A stretch of 64,000 nucleotides of DNA from Omnitrophica WOR_2 bacterium GWF2_43_52. GTDB taxonomy: Bacteria; Omnitrophota; Gorgyraeia; Gygaellales; UBA12090. Position 1 is the stretch's first letter, and the number at the start of each line of letters is the position of its first letter. The stretch spans positions 120,429 through 184,428 of the forward strand of contig MHGF01000003.1 of the NCBI GenBank assembly GCA_001805445.1, written 5' to 3'. Shown one piece after another: positions 19,412 through 29,719 of this stretch. The translations under genes and the position numbers were made by a program. The notes under the pieces are model-generated. The model was given only the letters and a program-made list of their open reading frames with translations, ran no database searches and was not told the origin of the DNA.

Positions 19412-20572
19412 ATGGCAGAATGGATCGGAATCGGTAAACGAGCAAGGCGCTGTTACGGGTTTGACGAAGTCGCGCTCGTGCCCAGCATGCAGACCTGCAA
19501 TCCTAATGAGGTAGATGCTGCGTTTAGTGTCGGCACCATGAAATTCAAGGTTCCCATACTTGCGGCGGCAATGGACGGCGTCGTCGATGTTGGATTTGCG
19601 GTTGCGATGAGTAAATTAGGAGGGCTGGCGGTCCTCAATCTCGACGGAATACAAACACGCTACGATAATCCTGATGAAGTCTTGGAAAAAATCGCTAAGG
19701 CTTCTAACGAAAAGGCTACAGAACTGGTACAAAGCGTATACACCAAGCCGATAAAAGAAAGCCTTATTACCAAGCGTATCCATGAGATTAAAAGTAAAAA
19801 AGGCATTGCCTGCGTCAGCTGTATTCCTGCCAATGCCTACAGGTTCGGAAAGATTGCCCAGGATGCAGGATGCGATATCTTTGTTGTCCAGTCAACAGTC
19901 ACCACCATCCGCCATATTTCAAGCGAATACAAGGCCTTAGACCTGCATAAATTCTGCAAGTCCATGAAAATCCCCATAATTATAGGAAACTGTGTTACCT
20001 ACGCGGTCACTATAGAATTGCTCGCAACCGGTGCCAGCGGCTTATTGATCGGTATAGGCCCCGGAGCTGCCTGCACCACACGGGGCGTCTTAGGTATCGG
20101 AGTACCCCAGGTTACCGCGACCGTAGACGCGGCTGCCGCGCGTGACTACTACTTTAAGCGCACGGGGAATTATATACCCATTATTACTGACGGAGGCATG
20201 CGTATCGGCGGTGAAATCTGCAAGGCCTTCGCTGCCGGGGCAGATGCCGTCATGGTTGGTTCATCCTTTGCCCGAAGCATTGAAGCCCCTGGAAGGGGAT
20301 ACCACTGGGGCATGGCTACCTCGCATGTGAATTTGCCCCGCGGCACACGAGTGAAAGTAGGAGTCAGCGGAAGCCTTAAGGAAATACTCTACGGGCCGGC
20401 AAAGGTAGATGACGGCTCGCAGAATCTTATGGGAGCATTGACAACCTGCATGGGCTCACTGGGAGCCACAAACATCAAAGAGATGCATGATGTTGAAATG
20501 ATTATTGCCCCTAGCATCCAAACAGAGGGAAAAATATTTCAGGTTGTCCAAGGGGTAGGTATGGGTAAATAA
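19412..20572 (+). CDS. guaB3: GuaB3-family IMP dehydrogenase-related protein
   Basis: RRCYGFDEVALVP, GIGPGAACTTRGVLGIGVPQ, HWGMAT; no CBS pair; upstream of guaA. Confidence 0.9.
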   Translation: MAEWIGIGKRARRCYGFDEVALVPSMQTCNPNEVDAAFSVGTMKFKVPILAAAMDGVVDVGFAVAMSKLGGLAVLNLDGIQTRYDNPDEVLEKIAKASNEKATELVQSVYTKPIKESLITKRIHEIKSKKGIACVSCIPANAYRFGKIAQDAGCDIFVVQSTVTTIRHISSEYKALDLHKFCKSMKIPIIIGNCVTYAVTIELLATGASGLLIGIGPGAACTTRGVLGIGVPQVTATVDAAAARDYYFKRTGNYIPIITDGGMRIGGEICKAFAAGADAVMVGSSFARSIEAPGRGYHWGMATSHVNLPRGTRVKVGVSGSLKEILYGPAKVDDGSQNLMGALTTCMGSLGATNIKEMHDVEMIIAPSIQTEGKIFQVVQGVGMGK

Positions 20573-20578
20573 AAAACT

Positions 20579-22195
20579 ATGGCAAAATTTCCTTTACTTC
20601 CGAAGAAGCACCGAACAAAAAAATTCATTCCCCTCAAACAGTCGCGCCAGCAAACAAAAAAAGAGACTATCTTAATCCTTGATTTCGGCTCGCAATATAC
20701 CCAGCTCATTGCCAGGCGAGTACGGGAAAATCGTGTCTACAGCCAGATTGTCCCTTTCAACATTTCTTCCGCCAGCATAAAAGAGCTTGCGCCTAAAGGT
20801 TTGATTCTTAGCGGAGGCCCCGCGTCGGTGTACGCGAAACAGAGCCCGCTGCCTGATAAAGATATTTTAAAGTTAGGCATCCCGATTCTAGGAATTTGCT
20901 ATGGCATGCAGGCAATAGCCCAACTTGCCGGCGGAAAGGTGAAATTTACCTCGGAACGCGAATTCGGCAAGGCAGAATTATTTATTGATGACAACACCGA
21001 TTTATTTTACCGCCTTCCCGGAAATATCACCAGCTGGATGAGCCACGCCGACCACATTGTCAAAGCTCCCCGCGGTTTTCAGACTATTTCCCACACCCTT
21101 ACTACGGCGCACGCGGCAATTTCTGATAAGAAAAAAAAGATCTACGGCGTGCAGTTCCACCCCGAAGTAGCGCATACGCCGCGCGGAAACGACATTATCG
21201 CCAATTTTCTCTTTAGAATCAGCGGCTGTTCCGGCCGCTGGAACATCAAATCCTTTATAACCGAAGCAATCAATACCATAAAACAGTCCGCTGGCAAAAG
21301 TAAAGTAGTCTGTGGCTTAAGCGGAGGCGTCGATTCATCAGTAGCCGCGCTCCTCATCCATAAGGCAATAGGCAATAATTTACGCTGCATTTTTATCGAT
21401 AACGGCCTTTTACGTAAAGATGAAGCTCTCCAGGTAAAAAAAGTGTTTAAAGACACTTTCCATTTGAATTTAACCCATATCGAAGCGGAAGGCAGGTTCC
21501 TCAAACGCCTTGCTCATGTCAGCGACCCCGAAGAAAAACGTAAAATTATCGGCGATGAGTTCGTCAAGATATTTGAGGAACAAGCGCATAAAATTAAAGG
21601 CGTAGAATTCCTGGCGCAAGGAACACTCTACCCTGATGTTATTGAGTCAATTCCCGCGTTCGGAGGGCCATCGGCAAAAATAAAAACCCACCATAACGTG
21701 GGCGGGCTTCCCCTGAATATGAAGCTCAAGCTTATAGAACCGCTTCGCGAACTTTTCAAAGACGAGGTAAGAAAAATAGGCAAAGAATTAGGGATTCCAG
21801 AAGCAGTACTCTACCGGCAGCCGTTTCCGGGGCCAGGACTGGCTATTAGAATCATAGGAGAGGTGACCCAAGAACGCCTGGATATATTACGCGAGGTAGA
21901 CAAACGGGTTATTGAGGAAATCAAAAAAACCGAATTTTACGAGCAAGTATGGCAGTCGTTCGCGGTACTTTTACCCGTTAAATCTGTCGGTGTGATGGGA
22001 GATACGAGAACGTATGAAAATGTCGTCGCTATCCGCTGTGTAACCTCAGTTGACGGAATGACAGCGGACTGGGCGAAACTTCCGCACTCGCTTTTAGAAG
22101 CACTCTCAAACCGTATTATCAACGAAGTAAAAGGAGTAAACCGCGTCGTTTACGATATCTCTTCCAAACCACCCGCAACGATAGAGTGGGAATAA
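20579..22195 (+). CDS. guaA: GMP synthase (glutamine-hydrolysing)
   Basis: LDFGSQYTQLIARR, GICYGMQ, SGGVDS, KPPATIEWE. Confidence 0.98.
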   Translation: MAKFPLLPKKHRTKKFIPLKQSRQQTKKETILILDFGSQYTQLIARRVRENRVYSQIVPFNISSASIKELAPKGLILSGGPASVYAKQSPLPDKDILKLGIPILGICYGMQAIAQLAGGKVKFTSEREFGKAELFIDDNTDLFYRLPGNITSWMSHADHIVKAPRGFQTISHTLTTAHAAISDKKKKIYGVQFHPEVAHTPRGNDIIANFLFRISGCSGRWNIKSFITEAINTIKQSAGKSKVVCGLSGGVDSSVAALLIHKAIGNNLRCIFIDNGLLRKDEALQVKKVFKDTFHLNLTHIEAEGRFLKRLAHVSDPEEKRKIIGDEFVKIFEEQAHKIKGVEFLAQGTLYPDVIESIPAFGGPSAKIKTHHNVGGLPLNMKLKLIEPLRELFKDEVRKIGKELGIPEAVLYRQPFPGPGLAIRIIGEVTQERLDILREVDKRVIEEIKKTEFYEQVWQSFAVLLPVKSVGVMGDTRTYENVVAIRCVTSVDGMTADWAKLPHSLLEALSNRIINEVKGVNRVVYDISSKPPATIEWE

Positions 22196-22212
22196 AGTAA
22201 GTAAAACAGAAG

Positions 22213-22275
22213 GGTCAATAGCTGATGGTCAATTGTACTTTTTTTCGATAGACTATCGACCATAGACTATTGACC
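22213..22275. repeat. Inverted 7-bp array (CTATMGA family), empty copy
   Basis: ggtcaatagctgatggtcaat ... cgatagactatcgaccatagactattgacc. Confidence 0.8.
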
Positions 22276-22295
22276 TTTTATAATTTTTCATAGAA

Positions 22296-25200
22296 ATGCC
22301 GCACTCCGATTTTGTCCACCTGCATCTCCACAGCCAATACAGCCTCCTTGACGGCGCCTGCTTACTTAAGAAACTCCTACAATTAGCCAGCCACCATAAA
22401 ATGCCTGCTTTGGCACTTACCGACCACGGCAATATGTTCGGGGCTATTGAGTTCTACCTTGAGGCCCAGCGCTCAGGAGTAAAACCAATCATTGGATGCG
22501 AAACCTATATCGCTCCCAAAAGCCGCTTTGATAAGTCATCGACGGGAATAAAAGAATCTAACCATCATTTCATCCTTCTGTGTAAAGACGAAGAAGGCTA
22601 TCATAACCTCATGAAGCTCGTTTCCATAGGGTATCTGGAAGGATTTTATTACCGTCCCCGTATAGATAAGGAAATCCTGGCAGAACACGCTAAAGGCCTC
22701 ATCGGTTTAACGGCCTGCCTCAAAGGCGAAATCCCTACGCTTTTAAGAAACAATCAGTATACCAGCGCCTTACGATGCGCCGATGATTTTCTGCAGATCT
22801 TTGGCAAAGGTAATTTCTATATAGAAGTGCAGCACAACGGCTTGGAAGAACAAACACTCTGCAATCAAAGCCTCATGAAACTTGCCAGAGAGTTATCATT
22901 GCCGCTGGTTGCTACTAATGATGTGCATTATTTGACCAGGCAAGCCGCTAAGGCGCACGAAGCCTTGTTATGTATACAAACCCAGGCCACGCTTTCTGAT
23001 CCTGGACACATGCGCTTTCATTCCGAGGAATTCTATTTCAAAAACGCGGATGAAATGAAAGCGCTCTTTAAAGAGCTCCCAGAAGCAATTACCAACACTA
23101 TAGCCATTACCGAAAAATGTAATCTTGAATTGAATTTTAAACAGCTGCACTTACCCCTGTACGAAGCTCCTGTGGGAAAGACAAAGGACGAATTCTTACG
23201 CGGCTTATGCGAAAAAGGGCTTACAAAACGTTTCCCTGAAGAAACCAACGATATACGGGAGCGCCTTGAATATGAGCTAGAAACCATCAAAAAAATAGGG
23301 TTTACCAGTTATTTTCTCATTGTCTGGGATTTTATCCACTACGCCAAGAGTAAAGGCATTCCTGTCGGGCCGGGAAGAGGTTCCGCGGCAGGAAGCCTGG
23401 TAAGCTATCTTTTAGAAATCACCGATATTAACCCCCTCAAATATGGCCTGCTTTTCGAGCGTTTCTTAAACCCTGAGCGAATAGGAATGCCTGATATCGA
23501 CATAGACTTTTGTTATGAACGAAGGCAGGAGGTCATTGATTATGTTACTAAAAAATACGGCCAAAAGAACGTTGCCCAGATTATTACCTTTGGAACAATG
23601 CTGGCACGGGCGGTTATCCGCGACGTAGGAAGAGTTATGGGAATGAGTTATGCCGATGTTGATAAAATTGCCAAGCTAATACCGGTAGAATTAAACATTA
23701 CCTTAGATGACGCGCTGCATCAAGAGCCTGAATTAGAACATTTATATAAAAGCGACGCCTCCGTAACACAGCTTATAGACACCGCGAAATCCCTTGAGGG
23801 GCTCACCCGCCATGCCTCAACCCATGCCGCGGGAGTCGTCATTTCTGATAAACCCTTAGACTATTATGTACCGCTGTTTAAAGCAGGGGATGAACAAACT
23901 ATCACCACGGGATATGCGATGGAATCGCTTGAAAAGATAGGCCTTCTTAAAATGGATTTTCTTGGCCTACGCACCTTAACCGTAATCCAAAGGGCCCTGG
24001 AAATCATCAAAGAAAGAAGGCAGTACTCGCTCAATATCGAGACAATCGCCCTTAGCGATAAAAAAACCTTTGACCTTTTAAGCTCAGCGCAAACCTTAGG
24101 GGTGTTTCAGCTTGAATCTAACGGCATGCGTGATCTGCTCAAAAAAGTAAACCCGTCCCAGTTTGAAGATTTAATCGCTATCCTGGCACTCTACCGGCCA
24201 GGGCCAATGGGCTCAGGGATGCTTGATGATTTTATTCAGCGCCGGAACGGGAAAACCGCTATCCGCTATGAATCAAAAAAGCTTGAGCCAATACTCGCTC
24301 CAACCTACGGGATTATGGTCTACCAAGAGCAGGTAATGCAAATTGCCTCGGTATTAGCAGGCTTCTCGCTTGCCCAGGCAGACATCCTGCGCAAGGCTAT
24401 GGCAAAAAAGATTCCCGAAGTCCTTGAAACACAGCGGCAGCATTTTGTAGAAGGAGCAAAGAAAAATGGGCTGCGTGAGCAATCCGCGAACAAGATTTTT
24501 GACCAGATAGAGTATTTCTCAGGTTATGGGTTCAACAAATCGCATTCGGCGGCCTACGCGCTTATTTCCTACCGCACCGCCTACCTTAAGGCTAATTATC
24601 CTGTTGAATTCATGGCAGCCCTGCTTACCTCAGAAAAAGACAACACCGATAAAATCGTGGAATATGTGGGGGAATGCCAGCGCATAGGAATTGAAATTTT
24701 ACCATCTGATGTTAATGAATCCCGGGATATTTTTACCGTGATTGATGATAAGAACATTCGTTTTGGGCTTATCGCGGTAAAAAACGTCGGCCAGGGAGCA
24801 ATTGAGTCGATCCTTAAGATCAGAGATGAAAAAGGGAAATTTAAATCATTATCTGATTTTTGCGAAAATCTCGACCTGCGCCTTGTCAACCGTAAAGTCA
24901 TGGAATCACTGATTAAAGCCGGGGCAATGGATTCCTTCGGCTTATTCAGGGCACAGCTGATGATGGATTTAGAGCACACCCTTGAAACATCATCCAAGTC
25001 TCAGAAAGAAAAAGCAACGGGGCAATTATCATTTTTTGACGCAGGCCAAACAAACGGTTTTAAGAAACAACTGACGCAGACCCCTCAAGTAAGAGAGTGG
25101 TCTGAGCCCCAGCTCTTGGCTTTTGAAAAAGAGATGCTCGGCTTTTATGTCACCGGGCATCCCCTGTCACGTTTTGCCAATCAGCTTAAGCGCTTTTCCT

Positions 25201-25733
25201 GCTGTTCTATAGCTCATCTGGGAACCACTAAAGATAACGACCTCATTAAAATCGCGGGGCTTATCATAAAAATCAAATATACCGTTACCCGTAAATCAGG
25301 TGAGAAAATGGCTATTTTGAAGCTTGAGGACCTTGGCGGCGCCGTTGAAATCCTGGTTTTTCCTGAGTCTTATAAACAAAACAGCCGTTTTATACAGCCA
25401 AACAGCATAGTCTTAATTACCGGCCGTTTAAATCTGAAAGAGGAAGCCCCGAAAATCATAGCGAGTACCATTATTCCTCTCGAAGAAGCGTATAAACAAA
25501 TCCTGAAAATAGACATAAACATTGCCGGTTTAAGGGAAAATCTTTTACTGAGCCTAAAAACCATGCTCACCCAATACTCAGGGAAGACCCCGGTCTACCT
25601 CCATATGGATACTGCCAATCGCGCGCGCTACCATATTCTTGTTTCCGAGGAACTGCACGTCCAGCCCAATCAAGGATTGATCCAGGAAATGGAATCACTT
25701 TTAGGTGAAGAAAGATTTTCCTTGACCCTCTAA
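22296..25733 (+). CDS. dnaE: DNA polymerase III alpha subunit
   Basis: HLHLHSQYSLLDGA, GRGSAAGS, PDIDIDF, YGFNKSHS; no intein evident. Confidence 0.98.
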   Translation: MPHSDFVHLHLHSQYSLLDGACLLKKLLQLASHHKMPALALTDHGNMFGAIEFYLEAQRSGVKPIIGCETYIAPKSRFDKSSTGIKESNHHFILLCKDEEGYHNLMKLVSIGYLEGFYYRPRIDKEILAEHAKGLIGLTACLKGEIPTLLRNNQYTSALRCADDFLQIFGKGNFYIEVQHNGLEEQTLCNQSLMKLARELSLPLVATNDVHYLTRQAAKAHEALLCIQTQATLSDPGHMRFHSEEFYFKNADEMKALFKELPEAITNTIAITEKCNLELNFKQLHLPLYEAPVGKTKDEFLRGLCEKGLTKRFPEETNDIRERLEYELETIKKIGFTSYFLIVWDFIHYAKSKGIPVGPGRGSAAGSLVSYLLEITDINPLKYGLLFERFLNPERIGMPDIDIDFCYERRQEVIDYVTKKYGQKNVAQIITFGTMLARAVIRDVGRVMGMSYADVDKIAKLIPVELNITLDDALHQEPELEHLYKSDASVTQLIDTAKSLEGLTRHASTHAAGVVISDKPLDYYVPLFKAGDEQTITTGYAMESLEKIGLLKMDFLGLRTLTVIQRALEIIKERRQYSLNIETIALSDKKTFDLLSSAQTLGVFQLESNGMRDLLKKVNPSQFEDLIAILALYRPGPMGSGMLDDFIQRRNGKTAIRYESKKLEPILAPTYGIMVYQEQVMQIASVLAGFSLAQADILRKAMAKKIPEVLETQRQHFVEGAKKNGLREQSANKIFDQIEYFSGYGFNKSHSAAYALISYRTAYLKANYPVEFMAALLTSEKDNTDKIVEYVGECQRIGIEILPSDVNESRDIFTVIDDKNIRFGLIAVKNVGQGAIESILKIRDEKGKFKSLSDFCENLDLRLVNRKVMESLIKAGAMDSFGLFRAQLMMDLEHTLETSSKSQKEKATGQLSFFDAGQTNGFKKQLTQTPQVREWSEPQLLAFEKEMLGFYVTGHPLSRFANQLKRFSCCSIAHLGTTKDNDLIKIAGLIIKIKYTVTRKSGEKMAILKLEDLGGAVEILVFPESYKQNSRFIQPNSIVLITGRLNLKEEAPKIIASTIIPLEEAYKQILKIDINIAGLRENLLLSLKTMLTQYSGKTPVYLHMDTANRARYHILVSEELHVQPNQGLIQEMESLLGEERFSLTL

Positions 25734-25770
25734 CCTTTTTATGCTACGTTAGTTACGTAAAAATAATAAC

Positions 25771-25870
25771 GGGTCAATAGCGAGTAGCCTATAGTCAATT
25801 GTCGATAGCCAATATCCGCTATACTATTAAGAATCAGGTTGACGGAGGACTATAGGCTCGTAAGCATAGA
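25771..25870. repeat. Degenerate inverted 7-bp array (CTATMGA family)
   Basis: gggtcaatagcgagtagcctatagtcaattgtcgatag ... gactataggctcgtaagcataga. Confidence 0.6.
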
Positions 25871-25889
25871 TTACTTACAGGAGGGAGTT

Positions 25890-26162
25890 ATGACTAAAAA
25901 AGATATCGCTTTAAAGGTTACTGATGCGACAGGGATTAAGCAGATTATTGTCAAAAAAGTCCTGCAGGGAATTTTTGACTGTATTATTGAAAGCTTAATC
26001 CGAGATGAAAAGATTGAACTGCGTAATTTCGGCGTCTTTAAACTAAAAACCCGCCGCCCCCGTATCGGAAGAAATCCCCGAACAGGCCAAACAGTACCTG
26101 TACCCGCGCGTAAAGTAGTTATTTTCAAACCCGGCCTAGAGATGAAACAACGCATTAAATAA
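25890..26162 (+). CDS. HU/IHF family DNA-binding protein
   Basis: MTKKDI, IELRNFGVF, GRNPRTG, FKPG; GGAGGGAG SD before ATG 25890. Confidence 0.95.
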   Translation: MTKKDIALKVTDATGIKQIIVKKVLQGIFDCIIESLIRDEKIELRNFGVFKLKTRRPRIGRNPRTGQTVPVPARKVVIFKPGLEMKQRIK

Positions 26163-26217
26163 ATTTCCTCTCACACGCTTCATTTTGGCAGCATGTGCCA
26201 ACACTCCAGCGCATACA

Positions 26218-27486
26218 ATGAAGGAAAATATCGAAACGTTTAAAGCACCTACGGGAACAAAGGATATCTTACCTGCTGAGGCGGCAGTCTGGCTGTCTGT
26301 TGAGGAAAAATGCAGGGATATCTTTGACCTCTATGGATATAAACCCATACGAACCCCAATTTTAGAGCATAGCGGCCTTTTTAACCGCTCCTTGGGTGAA
26401 GAAACCGAAATAGTCAAAAAACAGATGTTTCTCATCCCTCGCCAAACAGAAATCTTCTGCTTGCGTCCTGAGGCTACAGCAGCGGTAGTCAGGGCATATT
26501 TAGAGAATAACCTGGATAAAACCGATGGTTTTATGAAACTCTACTACATGGGGCCCATGTTTCGCGCGGAACGCCCACAAAAGGGGCGGCTTCGCCAGTT
26601 TCATCATATCGGTATTGAGGCCATAGGCTCATCAAACCCATACGTAGATTCAGAAATTATCGCTCTTGCTCGCGGAATTCTGGAAGAACTGAAAATTAGC
26701 GGCTATCAGATAAAAATAAACAGCTTGGGCTGCCCCGAGGATAAGCAAACGCTCAATAGGCTCTTACGCGAAAAACTCAAAGATAAGCTAGAAAAGCTTT
26801 GTGAAGACTGTAATGACCGCTTTAACCGAAATGTCTTTAGGATTTTAGACTGTAAGAACGATGGCTGTAAACAAGTTGTCAGCGAACTTGATTTACAGTA
26901 TAATGAGTATTTATGCCAACCGTGCTTACAACACTTTACCATAGTAAAAAATAACCTTGACGCGCTCAAGGTTGACTATCATTCCAGCACTAGCTTAGTA
27001 AGAGGCCTTGATTATTATACCAAGACAGTTTTTGAAATCTCTCATCCTGGGCTGGGGGCCCAAGACGCTTTAGGAGCAGGAGGCAGATACGATACGCTGA
27101 TTACTAACTTAGGAGGCCCTCATCTGGGGGCAATGGGTTTCGCGTTCGGCCTGGAGCGGCTTCTCTTAGCCGCGCCTCAAGAATCAGGCGTTTTTGCCGA
27201 AAACCTGAGTGTCTTTGTTATTACCTTAGGCGAACAAGCCCAAAAGAAAGGGTTTCTCCTGCTTCAGGAATTACGCCAAGCGCGTATTTCCTGCGATATG
27301 GATTATGAAGATAAATCCTTAAAGGCCCAGATGCGAAAGGCTCATGATTCAAAGGCGCGTTTTGCCGCCATACTCGGAGAAAATGAGCTGGCAAAACAGG
27401 TAATTGCCTTAAAAGATATGCGCGCAGGCAGTCAACACGAAATAGCGTTTACCACTATTGTTAACGAAATCAAAGAAAGGTTATAA
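26218..27486 (+). CDS. hisS: Histidine--tRNA ligase
   Basis: GTKDILP, LRPEATA, FRAERPQKGRLRQFH, LVRGLDYY, GGRYD. Confidence 0.97.
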   Translation: MKENIETFKAPTGTKDILPAEAAVWLSVEEKCRDIFDLYGYKPIRTPILEHSGLFNRSLGEETEIVKKQMFLIPRQTEIFCLRPEATAAVVRAYLENNLDKTDGFMKLYYMGPMFRAERPQKGRLRQFHHIGIEAIGSSNPYVDSEIIALARGILEELKISGYQIKINSLGCPEDKQTLNRLLREKLKDKLEKLCEDCNDRFNRNVFRILDCKNDGCKQVVSELDLQYNEYLCQPCLQHFTIVKNNLDALKVDYHSSTSLVRGLDYYTKTVFEISHPGLGAQDALGAGGRYDTLITNLGGPHLGAMGFAFGLERLLLAAPQESGVFAENLSVFVITLGEQAQKKGFLLLQELRQARISCDMDYEDKSLKAQMRKAHDSKARFAAILGENELAKQVIALKDMRAGSQHEIAFTTIVNEIKERL

Positions 27487-27488
27487 CT

Positions 27489-28889
27489 ATGCTACGCACA
27501 CACACCTGCGGTGAATTGACCATAAGCGACGCGGGAAAAGAAATCATCCTCTGCGGATGGGTTGAAGCACGCCGTGACCACGGAAAATTGATTTTTATTG
27601 ATATTAGAGACCGGCAGGGAATTACCCAGGTGGTCTTTATTCCCAAAGAAGCACCCCTTGCCTATGAAGTCGCGGCCAATTTAAGAAGCGAATTTGTGAT
27701 TGTGCTTAAGGGTACCGTTAATCCCCGCCCGAAAGGGACCATTAACCCTAAAATACCAAGCGGTGAAATAGAAATTCTGGCACGCGAAATCGAAATACTG
27801 AATCCTTCAAATACCCTGCCGTTTGAAATCAATGGCAGCATAGACGTAGGAGAAGAAATACGCCTGAAATACCGTTATCTTGACTTACGCCGGCCGAAAA
27901 TGCTTAACACTATCGTTTTAAGGCACAAGCTCTATCAAAGCATACGGCGTTTTCTCGATAGCCAGGGCTTTCTTGAAGTAGAAACTCCGATTCTTACTAA
28001 ATCAACTCCTGAAGGAGCCCGGGATTTTCTCGTGCCATCGCGCTTAAGCCCTCATGAGTTTTACGCCCTTCCGCAGTCACCCCAATTATTCAAGCAAATC
28101 CTCATGGTATCAGGAATTGAAAAGTATTTCCAAATAGCCAAATGTTTCCGTGACGAAGACTTACGGGCTGACCGCCAGCCGGAATTCACCCAGTTAGATA
28201 TGGAGATGTCTTTTGTCAACGAAGAAGATATTTTCAAGCTCACTGAGAGTCTTTTCTCTACGATCTTAAAAGAGCTCAAAGGCATCGAGTTAACGATTCC
28301 TTTTAAACGCATGGCCTACAAAGAGGCAATGGAACGCTATAACAACGATAAACCTAACCTGCGTACAGAGCAGGAGGAATTCGCCTTTGTCTGGATTATA
28401 GATTTTCCCCTCTTTAAATACAATAACGAGGAAAAGCGCTGGGAATCGGAACATCATCCTTTTACCGCGCCTCATCAAGAGGATAGCGCCGCTCTGGAAA
28501 CACCAGAACTGACCAAAATACGTTCTCGCTCATACGATTTAGTGCTTAATGGCAATGAAATTGCTTCGGGGTCAATAAGAATTCATGATCAAAACCTACA
28601 GGGCAAAATTTTTAAGATTCTTGGCCTCTCGGAAGAAGAAACAAAGGCAAAATTCGGGTTTCTCCTTGAGGCATTTACTTTCGGGGCGCCTCCCCACGGA
28701 GGCATTGCCTTCGGGCTAGATAGGCTCCTGGCAATTCTTACCGGATGCAGTTCCATCCGCGAGGTTATTGCCTTTCCGAAAACCCAGAAGGGCCTTTGCC
28801 CTATGACCCAGGCCCCTAGCCAAGTGACAGAGAAACAACTCAATGAAGTAAACTTAACGCATAAAAAGACAGCAATAAAATCACCGTAA
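27489..28889 (+). CDS. aspS: Aspartate--tRNA ligase, short form lacking the GAD insert
   Basis: RTHTCGEL, STPEGARDF, LPQSPQLFKQ, FRDEDLRADRQPEFTQ, PPHGGIAFGLDR. Confidence 0.96.
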   Translation: MLRTHTCGELTISDAGKEIILCGWVEARRDHGKLIFIDIRDRQGITQVVFIPKEAPLAYEVAANLRSEFVIVLKGTVNPRPKGTINPKIPSGEIEILAREIEILNPSNTLPFEINGSIDVGEEIRLKYRYLDLRRPKMLNTIVLRHKLYQSIRRFLDSQGFLEVETPILTKSTPEGARDFLVPSRLSPHEFYALPQSPQLFKQILMVSGIEKYFQIAKCFRDEDLRADRQPEFTQLDMEMSFVNEEDIFKLTESLFSTILKELKGIELTIPFKRMAYKEAMERYNNDKPNLRTEQEEFAFVWIIDFPLFKYNNEEKRWESEHHPFTAPHQEDSAALETPELTKIRSRSYDLVLNGNEIASGSIRIHDQNLQGKIFKILGLSEEETKAKFGFLLEAFTFGAPPHGGIAFGLDRLLAILTGCSSIREVIAFPKTQKGLCPMTQAPSQVTEKQLNEVNLTHKKTAIKSP

Positions 28890-28960
28890 TATACTACCGG
28901 AGAAATACCATTTATAACCGTACTATATGTCTGACACAAGCCAGCCATAACTTAAAAAAG

Positions 28961-29098
28961 GTAATAGTTCAGCGTTTGGAAGTATTCGTGTCACTGCGAG
29001 GAGCGACAGCGACGAAGCAGTCTTTTTATAAGATTGCTTCTCCGCCTTCGGCGGATCGCAATGATACCGACGGGCACTTCTAAAGGCTGAACTGTTAC
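28961..29098. mobile_element. MITE with GTAAYAGTTCAG terminal inverted repeats (138 bp)
   Basis: gtaatagttcagc ... gctgaactgttac; reverse-complement homolog of 32484-32586. Confidence 0.85.
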
Positions 29099-29115
29099 AT
29101 AAAAAGGGAGGAAGC

Positions 29116-29655
29116 ATGAGCAGTGTTACTATGCATCGATTAGTGTCCAACGTTTGTTTAGGATTATCCGCGGCACTTTTACTCAGTGGGTGTGTTGTAC
29201 GAACCTACTCAGTCGCTAAAGACAGGGTAGATCAAGAACTCACCGGCAACCAAGGATATCTTTCCGGGAGTGCCCCTCAAGATACGCAACAGGCGAAAAA
29301 ATTCACCCAACGCACGACTAAAGTCGTTGAAATCGAGCTGCGAAGCCCGATTAAATTCGAAAGGTTAAAAAAATCACCTGAATCAATGGACGAACCAACG
29401 TCAGGGGCTCAAAGAAACAAGGATCTTGGCTCAATACAGGTAGAAACCTCGGCGCCTATCCCAGAGGAAGAAATAACGTCAACTCCTGAATTTGAAACCT
29501 ACATAGTTCAAAAGGACGATACGTTACAAAAAATTTCAGAAAAAATATACGGAACCACAAAAAAATGGAAGGAGATATTTGAGGCTAACCAGGATACCTT
29601 AAAATCTCCTGACAAAATCCGCCCGGGAAAAGAGCTAAGGATACCCAAAAATTAA
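29116..29655 (+). CDS. LysM-domain lipoprotein
   Basis: Lipobox LSGC; C-terminal YIVQKDDTLQKIS..YG...W..I..AN...I.PG..L.IP. Confidence 0.9.
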   Translation: MSSVTMHRLVSNVCLGLSAALLLSGCVVRTYSVAKDRVDQELTGNQGYLSGSAPQDTQQAKKFTQRTTKVVEIELRSPIKFERLKKSPESMDEPTSGAQRNKDLGSIQVETSAPIPEEEITSTPEFETYIVQKDDTLQKISEKIYGTTKKWKEIFEANQDTLKSPDKIRPGKELRIPKN

Positions 29656-29719
29656 CGGCCTTGACAATAAACCTGCGCGGCTTACCTTCATGCGCCGATA
29701 AGGGACAACCTATCGATAT

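Noticed and set aside
28923-29150. 75-aa minus-strand ORF
   Set aside because: It spans the MITE and is a by-product of the repeat
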